A stretch of DNA of 64,000 bases, taken from Azolla caroliniana (lineage: Eukaryota; Plantae; Polypodiophyta). Both the position numbers and the translations under genes were made by a program. Every line of letters begins with the position of its first letter. Position 1 is the stretch's first letter. The stretch spans positions 22,506,001-22,570,000 of the forward strand of contig JBHGNT010000006.1 in NCBI GenBank assembly GCA_043228905.1, written 5' to 3'. The notes under the pieces were generated by a model. The model ran no database searches. It was not told the DNA's origin and worked only from the letters and a program-made list of their open reading frames with translations. Shown in pieces: positions 37,683 through 48,895 of this stretch.

Positions 37683-40067
37683 AGGAAATATGGAACCATT
37701 GAACATAACCTGAGAAATTTTCCATCCATCAGTTATATTTCCGTTGGTTCCGACAGTTTTTCTTTTGAAGTGGTAGGGGATTATGTGTGTGCATTGTGTA
37801 ACCGTAACCGTACTTATTGAATGCTAATTCAGCTCATTTTAATGTAACTTGAAAACAACATACTCTTTTGAATTCATTCCTGAAAATTTATACTAACCCA
37901 TTTGTACAAGTTAGCCCTACATTGCCATGAAGTCTTATCTACTACACAGGTTTTTGGTATGATAACTCTCTACAAAGCATTTGAATGTAGATAATCAGAC
38001 AGAATTGTAACATGTGTTTTGCATGAAAGCAGTGACTATTGAACTCTCGGCATTCACTTTGTGTTTTCGGTAATTAGCCGCCTCTTATATGTAAATTCTC
38101 TCAACAATTCTGTATTCAATTTGGACAGGAAAAATTCCTAGAATGGTTACTAAAAAATGTCAGAAATTTTGTGCAAAATGTCTACTGAAACATGGAAATG
38201 TAGTTACCAGAATCTCCTTTATTTTGAAGCATGAAAATAAAATAAAATACAACCCTAAACCAAAGTGCATAGAATCGAATAAATTTTGATTAGCTAGAAG
38301 GCATGAGTAATTATCTCTAGTTTTGGGATTTGAACACTCTTTCTCCAATTCCAATGATCCTCTCATTTTCAATGATTTTCTTTTAATATTTTATCCTCTC
38401 TTTCTGATGGTCCTCATTTCTAGGGCTTTGCCTGTGTATCTATGGCTATATGATGTATCTGTCACTTTTAACATGTTGCTGTACGTGATATTAAGTGGTA
38501 GTTTAGGTTTGAATTTTCGTTTTTTCTTACTATGATGATTGACTCCAATTTGATCCTTCACACTTCTTTATCTTCATTAAGCAAATCAGGAAAGACCAGT
38601 TATGTCAATATATGTTTGGGGATCTATATGGTACCTGATTTTCTATGTTGTTAACACTTTGCCTAGAATATTGATACCAGGCCAAACACTATGTGAACAG
38701 CATCAAAGTAAGGTGCAAATTATGATACTATGATGTATATATAAAGTAGATATGGAAAAGCTTTGTTCCAAGAGGGGTTTGGATCATTGTATCATGTTAT
38801 GCAATTGGAGGTGCACATTACACATTAAAAAATAGAGCACTCCCACTACATATTGCATAACTCCTGGGGTTTGGAAATGTCCTAGATCACAAACGTAGAA
38901 AGCCATGATAGGGAAACATAGGAAGTTTGTGTCAGCACTCGTCAATTACAAGTAAAATAGTAGACAGGACTCAGGGGTTTGGGGGAGCTATGAAATTTTC
39001 ATTTCTCAAACAAGCTATAAGGCTACATTACATCGGCTTCTTTGCAGGTTAAGATTGCTTTTTAATATTAAGATTTATAGCCCAGCCAATTATGTAAACT
39101 GGAAAAGATTATGTTTGCTAACCAAGCATTAAATGCTGTTCATTTAGAACTGGGTGGCCTTAACTTTTGTGTGAACATGGAACACATACAATCATAGCTA
39201 TCTTTTTCTGATGTAGCCATGGCATCCAAACATCTTATTCAATCTTATTCATGTCAAGCATTGTAGCTAATTATAACCAGATGACACGTATGGGTACAAG
39301 CAATACATACAAGCGTATCACCAAACCAACAATAAGTCTTTCTGAGTCGTAAGGTAATTATATGTACTTCTGAGTTGTACACAATGACACTAATTTACGT
39401 AGTCAAATTGTTAATACACATGCATTGGTATGGGCCAGCATTTTCACAGATGGGCAACAAATTGAGCTTACTAAGAGTGTGTTAGAACTTGGAATTATTA
39501 TCATTATTCTTGTAGTGGTGTTAGTTGATAAGTACGAGACAAAGAAAACTTGGGGACTATGAAACAAATACAAGAACACAACACAAAGTGTTTTAGGAAC
39601 ATGGATAGATAATATACAATAGGGTGACACGAATACAATAACATGGATCGATAGAGAAGATATCATGTTGGGTATGTATATTTATAGTTTCCCCAAGGTT
39701 TTGGGTATAAAAATAAAGAATGTGAGTTTAGAAGGTTGAATAATTATACAAAAGAGGTTTTCTTGAATGTATGGAATGGAGGAGATATCAAATATAATGA
39801 ATGATTTTATTTGCTATATGATAAATAATGATGGATCCATGGAAGGGTTTTTAAAGCAATTGGTTTCGTTATGCCCATACTTTTTCTAAAGTGGTAATGA
39901 ACTGCTATATGTAATGGATTGTTCAATTTAAGGTTTAATAAAAAAAAGAAAAAAGATCAAAGGTTTTCCTTGCTTCTTGTTTTTGTTGTGGTGTAAAAGA
40001 CCATACACATCCTCCACCCATCCATCTATTCAATCAAGTGACAATGAAGATTCATGGATTCATTTCG

Positions 40068-42629
40068 TCAAAGCATCCAAGAAGACACTGTGAAGAGGGG
40101 CTTGGATTGCCACCCAAGTGTTAGGGAGCCTTGCTGATGCTCATGCAGGGTGAAGCTATCACAAAACCGCCAGAGCAAGATGCGGGCCTGGCTGAGCGCG
40201 TATCCGCTGAGCGGGTTCGGCCGGAACCCGCTAGACACAAGGCTCCGCCTCCAGCTCTCATGACACATAAGCCTCCGCCTCGGTCCACGTCTCTGCCCAT
40301 TGTCCGGGCCGCCCACCACGCTCTCAATCATATCCCCGAGCACGACCCTCTCGGCCAAGAGCCTCTGAGCAGAGTCCCGGCCCATCCCGGCTGCCTCGAT
40401 CGAGTCGAACATTGCCGAGAAGAAGTGGAGCGCGTTCACAAACCTTCGGTGGAACGGGCCGCGGTCAAGGTCCGCATCCATCTCAGCCACAGTCACCACC
40501 TTGGGCTTCAGCCGGGCAGCCAGTGCGAGGATGTCCCGGACGGCTGGACATGGCGGGATGATGTCCGGGCCATCTTCGAGGAGCAAGTTCCCGAGTGATT
40601 GCATGAAGTTGACAACGACCCACTCATCTTCTTGGGCACCAATGGAGACGGGGTGGGGCTCGGCTTCCTTCCACTCCACGGAGACCCCAACAGAGCGACC
40701 GAATTCGGCGAGCCGCCGCCCAACAGCCATGGCCATGGCCAGATTCTTGCTGCTTTGTCCGGGCAACCGGACGGAGGTTATGGTTACAAGCCTGGGGATC
40801 TGCCTGTGGCTGCAGGTCTCTGTTCCAGTGCCCATGGCCTGCAGGAGGGATGCCCATTGCGTGCCATGGCCGAGGCCGAAATCCACGATATGGATGCGCT
40901 GATCGGCCATAGCCGGCCCCAAAGCATCCAAGATGATCTGGTTAGCTGTCAGCTCCGCGAAGGTGAAGAATGGAGAGATCTCATTCATGGCTTTATAAGC
41001 CATTACATTAAACCCTTCTTCTTCTTCTTCTTCTTCTTCTTCTTCTTCTTCTGCTTTTGGTTCTTCTGTTTCTGTTTCTGCTTCTTCCTTCTTCTTCATC
41101 TTCATCTTCATCATCCTCTTCTTCTTCTTCTTCCTTCTCAACACCATCATCATCATCTGCTTCTTCTTCTCTACTAATTCTGGTTTCCCTTCTTCTTCCT
41201 CCTCCTCCTCCTCTTCTACTTGCTCTCCTCCTTCTAGCCTCTGCCATAGCCCTTCTGTGAAATAAGCTGCCAATCTCTGTATTGGATCTCCATGCCTGCT
41301 GGACAGAGCTTCAAGTTTCGGGAGCAGCAGCATGGCCGCTCTCTCCTGGTCTTCTTCTACAGACTTCGCACATTCCAGCAGCAACTTCATGAGCTCAATT
41401 CCATGTGACGACACAGAAGAAGATGAAGCTTTCTGTTGTTGCAGAGACGCAGAAGAAGATTTCGTTGACAGCATGGAAACATGAGAAGCTTTCTGTTGTT
41501 GCGGAGGAAAACAAGGAGAATTCTGTTGCAGGGGAGTAGCGCACGGTCTTTGCTGCAGACAAATAACTTGTTCCTGCTGCTTCTGCTGGCTATGGCGAGA
41601 TTCATTAACAAAGCACCCTGTTAACGAATTCGTAAAAGAATTCGACGATTGGGTGGGTTTGTACAATAAGGAGACATCTGCAGAAGCTCCAGAGTTGTAA
41701 TTCTGATGAGCGATGAGTGTATCTTCTTCTTCTTCTTCTTCATCGTCGTTACCATCTTCTTGTGCTTTCTGATGATGCCTCTGCAGTTTCCAGGGCGAGC
41801 TTATTTGAGCCATGGCTTCTTCCAAGACGGTAAAGTCATCAGGCAAAGCGTCCTCTAATGGAGCATTGCAGTGTCTGTTGTTATTATTGCTATTATTATT
41901 ATAAGAGGTTGAAGCTGCCATAGCTGAAGATTTATCTGAGCTCTGCGTTGAAGATTCACAAGGAATACATGTCTGATCGATGAAGCAAGACGTCATTGCC
42001 TGACCTTCTAGATCATACATTAAGCAATCCATTACCCAATCACAAGAAGCCATCTCTGCAGTACTCGCGAAATGAAGGTGATCTTGATTTCTTTCGTCCG
42101 TGCTATTTAATGTTTGACAGCTTAACGCAGAAGTTGTTATCTCATACGGCGCCATACCCATTCCCATACCTTGGTCTGCATATTTAGCAGAGAAATGATC
42201 TTTTGCAGACAGATGGGTTTGATCAGGAGGGCATAAGATTTGGGACGACGAAAGAGGGAAGCTTTGCAAAGAATTAGTATCATAAGCGGAGAAATCGTCG
42301 CAGAGAAGTGTGTCATCATCAGTGGAAGGATGGAGAATATAGCTATGGAAATCTTGATCTGTTTTGGAAGGATGCCATTGAAGGTCGGACACAGGTACTT
42401 CCGTGGAGAGCTGCGTCTGTGTGGAATGGTCAGGTTCTGAGGGATAAGGATGAAGACGATGATTCCCTCCTGCAGCGATAGGGGGAGAAGGCAGTGTTTG
42501 TTTCTGTTGAAGGAGCTGTGTGGCTATGGCGAGCAGAGAAACCTCAGACCTCGGAGAGGCCATGGAAGCTGCGGAGATGCTCTGGTGGACGCTTCTGTTT
42601 GTGTTGTTCTCTGCACACAGAGGTGGCAT
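40068..42629 (-). CDS. GRAS-family transcriptional regulator, SCL4/7-like, intronless CDS, 853 aa
   Basis: LHRI (LMKLLLECA...GDPIQRLAAYF), VHIID (SPFFTFAELTANQIIL...RIHIVDFGLGHGTQWASLLQAM), PFYRE (PKVVTVAE...F..RFVNALHFFSAMFDSIE) and SAW (LSGYALSQARILLW...LGWQSKPLFTVSSW). SQARILLW and PL.TVSSW favour SCL4/7. The start codon could be a downstream Met. Confidence 0.93.
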   Translation of the reverse strand: MPPLCAENNTNRSVHQSISAASMASPRSEVSLLAIATQLLQQKQTLPSPPIAAGGNHRLHPYPSEPDHSTQTQLSTEVPVSDLQWHPSKTDQDFHSYILHPSTDDDTLLCDDFSAYDTNSLQSFPLSSSQILCPPDQTHLSAKDHFSAKYADQGMGMGMAPYEITTSALSCQTLNSTDERNQDHLHFASTAEMASCDWVMDCLMYDLEGQAMTSCFIDQTCIPCESSTQSSDKSSAMAASTSYNNNSNNNNRHCNAPLEDALPDDFTVLEEAMAQISSPWKLQRHHQKAQEDGNDDEEEEEEDTLIAHQNYNSGASADVSLLYKPTQSSNSFTNSLTGCFVNESRHSQQKQQEQVICLQQRPCATPLQQNSPCFPPQQQKASHVSMLSTKSSSASLQQQKASSSSVSSHGIELMKLLLECAKSVEEDQERAAMLLLPKLEALSSRHGDPIQRLAAYFTEGLWQRLEGGEQVEEEEEEEEEGKPELVEKKKQMMMMVLRRKKKKKRMMKMKMKKKEEAETETEEPKAEEEEEEEEEEEEGFNVMAYKAMNEISPFFTFAELTANQIILDALGPAMADQRIHIVDFGLGHGTQWASLLQAMGTGTETCSHRQIPRLVTITSVRLPGQSSKNLAMAMAVGRRLAEFGRSVGVSVEWKEAEPHPVSIGAQEDEWVVVNFMQSLGNLLLEDGPDIIPPCPAVRDILALAARLKPKVVTVAEMDADLDRGPFHRRFVNALHFFSAMFDSIEAAGMGRDSAQRLLAERVVLGDMIESVVGGPDNGQRRGPRRRLMCHESWRRSLVSSGFRPNPLSGYALSQARILLWRFCDSFTLHEHQQGSLTLGWQSKPLFTVSSWML

Positions 42630-43094
42630 CTCTGTCTCGACGCCCCTCCTCTCTTCTCTTTCTGAGTCTTTTGCTTCTTTCTGTCTGTCTGTCTATCTGC
42701 TTCTGTCTCTCTCTCTCTCTCTGTTCAGGAAGGAAGCTGTTGGATGAGAATAACTTGAGGATACAGCTATGGCGCCGCCTGATATTCTTCCTTCTTCTTT
42801 AGCATCTTCTTCTGCAAAATCCTGCCTTCTGCTACTCTTTCCCTCACCTCTCTGCGTAGAAGCAACTTGGATTATGGTTTAGGACAAAGCTTCAGAATGC
42901 AGACAAAGAAATGGCGTATAGCAGAGATTCTTCTTTCTTCTTCAGCTTCTTCAACGCAAGGAGGGAAGGTATGGAATGGTATAGCTTCGAGAGATGGCAA
43001 TCTCTTGACCTAAAAAGGAAGAGAAAAAGAAAGCAAAAGGAGAGGAGGATCCCACCCGCACAAGCAAGTGCTAAGAATCACAAAACTCAGTAAA

Positions 43095-43500
43095 GTAAAA
43101 CCCTAAACCTACATGAAACCCTAAATTCTCGCAGGCTAAGGAAGGCGGCAGCAGCAGCAGAAGACGAAGAAGAAGATATATAAGTTCTCAAAAACCCTAG
43201 CTATGACAGTAGCAGCAGAAGAAGAAGATATAAGCTTACAAAAAACCTAACTATGGCAGCATCAGAAGAAGATAGAAGAAGATAGAAGCTTACAAAAACC
43301 CTAGCTATGGCAGCAGCAACGGAAGAAGAAGAAGGAGATAACAAAGCTAACCAAAAACCCTAGATATGGCAGCGGCAGAAGAAAAATAAGAAGAAGATGT
43401 AAGCTAACGAAAACCCTAGCTATGGCAGAAGAAGAAGAAGAAGAAGAAGAGATAAGCTTACAAAAACCCTAGCTCGTGTGAGGCCAGATAAACCCTAATT
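43095..43500. repeat. ~55-bp tandem repeat (about 6 copies) carrying telobox AAACCCTA motifs, in the GRAS 5' leader region
   Basis: Unit AAAACCCTAGCTATGGCAGCAGCAGAAGAAGAAGATATAAGCTTAC. Eight AAACCCTA matches in 43095-43500, followed by (CT)n at ~43520-43546. Confidence 0.9.
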
Positions 43501-44274
43501 GCTATGGAATCGCTCTTTCTCTGTCTCTCTCTCTCTCTCTCTCTCTCGATATATTGTCTTCTAACGGAAACTGTGACACAGAAAAACAGAGCAAATAATA
43601 TATGTAAATAAATGAATTAATAATTAAGCAAAATGAGTGAATAATTATTAATAATATTAGATAAATAAATATATTTTACAGAAAAACTAAATACTTACAT
43701 TTCAGAAACCCTCGAAACTTCGAGTTTCAAAATTATTTTTGTTTTTTTTTTTAGCAAAACCGAAAATAAAATGATTTGAAAAAAAATAGAATTGGCCTTT
43801 TTAAATTGGAATTAATAATTTTAATAAATAAATAAATAACACACAACTCCTGGAATTTACAAAACTAGCCTATTCTTTTCTTCTTCTTCTTTTTGTTGGT
43901 TTTTAATGGAAAAAGAAATTATTATTTATTTCCTGGATTTCACAAAAAATGGCCTGCTTTGAAATTGTCTTCTTTTTTGTATTTTAAATATGACGTAGTG
44001 GACAAATAATTAATAAATCTTAATTATTAAGTAATTAATTAATGATAAATGACAATAATGGTAATACTTTATTTTTTTTGGTGAGTTAAAAGTTTTCTGT
44101 CTCCTCATTTTACGAAATTATAAAAAAGAGGCCAGAAAATTGATCGCTTTTTTTTTTTACTGGATAATTGTTTTAGTTTTTTAATAAAAAAGAAGAATAA
44201 TAATAATAATTTCGAGAAGCAGAATAGCTTTCCTCTAATTTACAGAACTAGGCTTCCAGCCGAACAGCAGAGCA

Positions 44275-44610
44275 TGCCACCTCAGCAACATGCTCGCCTG
44301 CCACGTGGAACTCGCTTTTTTTGAGACCCCTCATCTTTTTTTTCATTCATGGCCTGTACGTGGCTCCATGTCGGCAGACTGCCACGTGGATGTGCCACGT
44401 GGATTTCGCTTCTTTTTTGGAGATTTCTCATCTTTTCTTTTCTTTTTATTTCTGGCCTGTGTACGTGGTTCCATGTCGGCAGCCACGTCAACATACTCAA
44501 GTGCCACGTGTGTATTTCGTTTTTTGAGACCTTTCATTTGTTTTTTTTTCCCATTTTTGGCATGTATATGGCTCCATGTCAGCAGCCACATGGACGTGCC
44601 ACATCAGCGA
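44275..44610. repeat. ~110-bp degenerate tandem repeat (3 copies) rich in G-box/ABRE motifs
   Basis: TGGCCTGT(G)TACGTGG.TCCATGTCGGCAG..GCCACGT repeated. CACGTG occurs four times (~44302, 44383, 44396, 44505). Confidence 0.8.
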
Positions 44611-44721
44611 GCCCAAACATTAACTACATGCCATTGTGAACTACATATGGAAAAAGAAATAAAGACTTTCCTCTTCCCTGAAAACTAGCGTGCGAGGGGT
44701 CCCTTTTGGGTTTGGCGGGTA

Positions 44722-45006
44722 CTGTGGGTCCTCAAACTACCTCCTAGAATGAAAACTGGCGTGCAAGGGGTCTCACTACCTGCTAGAACAAAATCTGGTT
44801 GGGGTTTCGCCAGTATCACCTACGGCAAAGGGGGGGTCTGTGGGTCCTCAAACTACCTCCTAGAATGAAAACTGGCGTGCAAGGGGTCTCACTACCTGCT
44901 AGAACAAAATCTGGTTGGGGTTTCGCCAGTATCACCTACGGCAAAGGGGGGTCGATCCCATGACCTCCTGGTCTCCATTGGGCAACCATACCAACTAAGC
45001 CACATC
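44722..45006 (-). mobile_element. tRNA-derived SINE-like head (44945-45006) followed by a 116-bp tandemly duplicated body
   Basis: On the minus strand: A box TGGCTTAGTTGG (45002-44991) and B-box-like GGATCGACCCC (44958-44948), ~32 nt apart, with no tRNA acceptor stem. Segments 44722-44837 and 44838-44952 are identical except for one G. Confidence 0.55.
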
Positions 45007-45549
45007 AATTTTGAGAGAAGCTAAAGTTTTAGGGTTCAAGGTTTAGTGATCCCAGCATGAGCTAATAAGGCCCCACCTCAAACTAGTTTTATAGCAAGGT
45101 ATGTATGTATATAATCATATGGGGCTAAGAGATGGACGAAATAAGAACGTGCTCCTCCCACCACCTAACGCAAATCAATGCTTTTTTGCAACAAGACATT
45201 TCTAGTTGGACAAATACACTTCGTATGTACTTCTAAACATTTGCAACACTTTAATCTTCAAGGACACAAACAGATTGGGAAGGAGATGAACATATGGAAC
45301 ATGAAAAATGATTGTCTGGTTGCATGATAATCATGTAGTTGTTTGCAATGCATATACCTCCTCTAAACCTCATTGGTGATCATGTGAGACTTATTATGTG
45401 TATATGCTAGGGCAAGTCAAATTGAAATCCTTGCATGCTAACATTTCTCACTCAAAAAACAAACCAATCCTATCCTCGATAGTGTAACCACCTATACATA
45501 CGTAATAGACTTCTTCTTCTTTTTCGCACAACAAAAAATCAACTTTCCA

Positions 45550-47669
45550 TTAAGTTTCTTGCACTTACATCATGCCCTTTTATATAGTTTACTTAAAGGT
45601 GAGGGGATGCTTTTTTCCACAAAGGCCATCCTACCATGTAAAGATAAACATTATTGGGTTCAATTGAAGCCAATGTTTTCACTTTATTCCATTTCCAAGA
45701 TTTTAACCTTTCTTAAGAGCTTTCAACAACAATGCATGTTTTTAAACCGTCTCTTAAGCCCTTTCAAGCTTTTTTAATGTTTGGCATTGCGCACAAGCAA
45801 ACTAGTATATGGTTGAGAAAGCTCCTTTTGTTTTCTACATAGGTGGTCTGATCAATCACCAATAGTTGATACTAAGAAATATTATTAAACAATGAAAGTA
45901 TTTTGCTTCGCACGCGCACAAGGATAGAAAAAAGTCATATACACACCTAGAATGTTCGAGTAGTGGAAGCTACCATTTATGCGTTGGTGCATTTCATACT
46001 CACACAATCCTTTCCATGTAGAGTCTATCCCAAGTTGAATGACAAATGCTTTACATCGGACAAGGCCCCACTTAGCAAGGGAGATCATATTTCAACTTTC
46101 AAGTCTTCAGAATGTAAACACGTTAACACTATTTTGAACTGTATTTATAATCGTGTCAGAGTAATAATCTTTATATTCCAATTTGGAGGTTTGTTTTGCA
46201 CGCTCTCAAACCTTCAAAAAATTTATTTTTTATTTTTTTCCAAAACAAAACTCCTTCCATTAGTTATAAAATTTTACAAATGAGATCATTATGTACAAAT
46301 CCCTCTAGGGATGCAATAGTTCCATCTTATGTGGATGCCCACTGACTCAAGAAAGGGAGAGGACGACCATTGTTGGATGAAGGCTATTCATTGTCTTTCA
46401 ACTCCATCAGAGCCGCCATTGAGGCCATCATATTGGCTCTTTAGAGTGGCTACAATTTCACTCCATATCTCTTGCAATAACATTCCTCAATGTATGCCTA
46501 CTAGAGATATGTTAACTCTTTAAATGAACAATGATATCAAAACAAATAAAATCTGTCCTTATCAACCCAAAGACAATGCAACTATCAATTCACGACGGGA
46601 AAACTTCTGGCCGACAATAAAGGAACATAAGTAGACACTATTATAGGTCTTGAAATGTACCGATGATGCGATGAATGAAAGACATTATGTCCTTTTGAAT
46701 AGTTTTCTAGCACGATGACTAATCAAAGTCACATGTGATGACTTCTCTATTGATATGGTGGATAACAAGAAGCATGAAAGTGATAAAACATTAAGTTCAA
46801 CTATCTTGTCTCCTTATCTCTTGCCTTGCAAAATTAAGAGAATGGCAAGATGCACTCAAACAATCTCAAGAGGTGATTTTCCCCCATTGAATTGACACAA
46901 CATCTACTAATATTATGAAAGGGAAGGAAGCCTACAATTCACATGGACACGGAAATATCATCGTGGGGGTGACTGTATTATCTTGATATCATTGATATAA
47001 CATTTGGTCGAAGGAATATTATGTACTTGAAAGTCTCTAATTTTCACAACATGGAGTTGGATAAAATAAATAAATACAAAATGGATTCATACTTTTGATG
47101 TGATTTTTTCGGATTGTTGACATATAAGCTATGATATCATTTGCAGTGTTCACAGAGGCGTTTTAAGTTCTCATGAATAATCTCCTAGTTGTGGGTCCAA
47201 GCCTCACTATGTGCATGATGGAAATGAACAATTGTGTTAATGGAGATTACTCAAGTGGTCATAGAGAGTTTTCGTAGTAATGGTCAAGTAGAAGTTTCAC
47301 ACCTTTTTTAAAAACTTCTAGTTTTGGCATCAAGCCTTACTAGATGATTTGTATAAATACACATCTATGTTCAAATATGTGTGTTAAAGTGGTCATAGGG
47401 ATAGTTGCCCAATAGAGTGGTTCGGTGAACCTCTCCTTCACCATTATTGTTTGCTCAAGGAGGATCCCAATGTGATCAATCTCCATTGTTCACATAGCTC
47501 ACTAAGTATATCCATAGTTATGATAGGTTGATCTTAATATCTAGACAATTTACAACCTCATGCTAATAGTGAAGGTGTGTACTATTGTCGACAAGTTAAC
47601 AACCTCACACTTACTAAATTAATGAACCGACTACAATAATGTTAGAAAGTACAAACCTTGACCTCACCT

Positions 47670-47760
<91 letters not shown>

Positions 47761-48450
47761 ATTTGAGAATGTTATCATCTTGGATATGTAAGCAAATCAT
47801 CTCTAAAGTCTCCTCTACATGATGTGTAAAAGGTCCTCTTTGACATTATCCTTATAATACAAATGTATCCGTTTTGTGTTTGAAATATATTGGCTTTCCG
47901 TATATTTCATTGGTGCACATCCGCCTACATGAATAATTTACCATGAAGTTGGTAATAAGGGTGTTTGATTGATAATATTATGGTAATGTTACATGATGTT
48001 GGAATTGACATTATTGTAACACAAGCAACCTTTGTTTTGAGTTAGCAAATTTGTCACTTCACAAGTGGTAATAACATTCAGCTGCGTATCTCCATCATAC
48101 CTCGTATTGAATGTTGATTTTGTAGCCGCAACAAAATTGCTTATCTCTGTAGGAGCTATAAATGTTTTAATCCTGCCTATTGTGATGGTCACTAATGAGC
48201 CAACAGGTTCTCGTGCACCTTTGAATGCAAGATACTCCATAGCTTTGATAGTTTGTGTAGGTCTTTCTTCACTACTACTTGCTACGATTCATGGTACAAA
48301 ATGTTCGTATGTCCCATACTCTATCTGGTCCCCTTTGACCTTAGAGCCACATTTCTACATTTGCCAATCTATTTAGCGGGGTTAATTTTGATGACTTGGC
48401 ATTAATTGGTACAACGTACATTTAGTTTTTGGAGCACCATAGCATTTGAT
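45550..48450 (-). mobile_element. Probable very old retroelement debris
   Basis: Faint gypsy-like patches on the minus strand (ENYS...CLSFIASSVHFKTY near 46640-46710; DHLCR near 45835-45850). No continuous frame. Confidence 0.25.
47673..47758. repeat. Compound (CT)n(AT)n(ATTT)n microsatellite
   Basis: Direct reading. Confidence 0.95.
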
Positions 48451-48895
48451 AGGTGCAAGAGGATCGAGTACATAGCTAAGGGAATGATATATTATTAAAA
48501 GCATGTCCCTTGAGATTGAGTCATTTGCCATGAACCTCTCATGTCATTTTCTAAAGGTTTGACATGTGTTCCTAGGAGACACATCCATTTCATTCTCTTT
48601 TTACATGTACCTATCGATGCTAGCGACATGGGTTTCATACACCTCACAATTTAATGCCATTACAAGGGATCTATACAATTCTTTACAATTATGAAGCATC
48701 TTCCTTTCAAAAAAGGGGGAATTGAAGAAAACTCAAATGATCAATTTATGGTACAGGATGTAGTTATTGGACTAGTGTAAATAACAAGAATTTACTTCAA
48801 GAGGTGGTATGTATTGCCTTTATTATTTTGGTGCTTGGGTGCCTTACCCCACACGAACTTGACTACAACAAAACATTGAATAATAATACATAACA

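Noticed and set aside
40131-41260. Plus-strand ORFs overlapping the GRAS gene
   Set aside because: Antisense shadow frames of a GC-rich or repeat-rich CDS.
40068-42629. GRAS gene as HAM/SCL6 (miR171 target) or DELLA
   Set aside because: No miR171 site (ILARLN-encoding motif) and no DELLA/TVHYNP motifs were seen; C-terminal motifs fit SCL4/7 better.
44945-45006. Functional tRNA gene
   Set aside because: A/B boxes are present, but no acceptor or anticodon stems can be formed; kept only as SINE-like.
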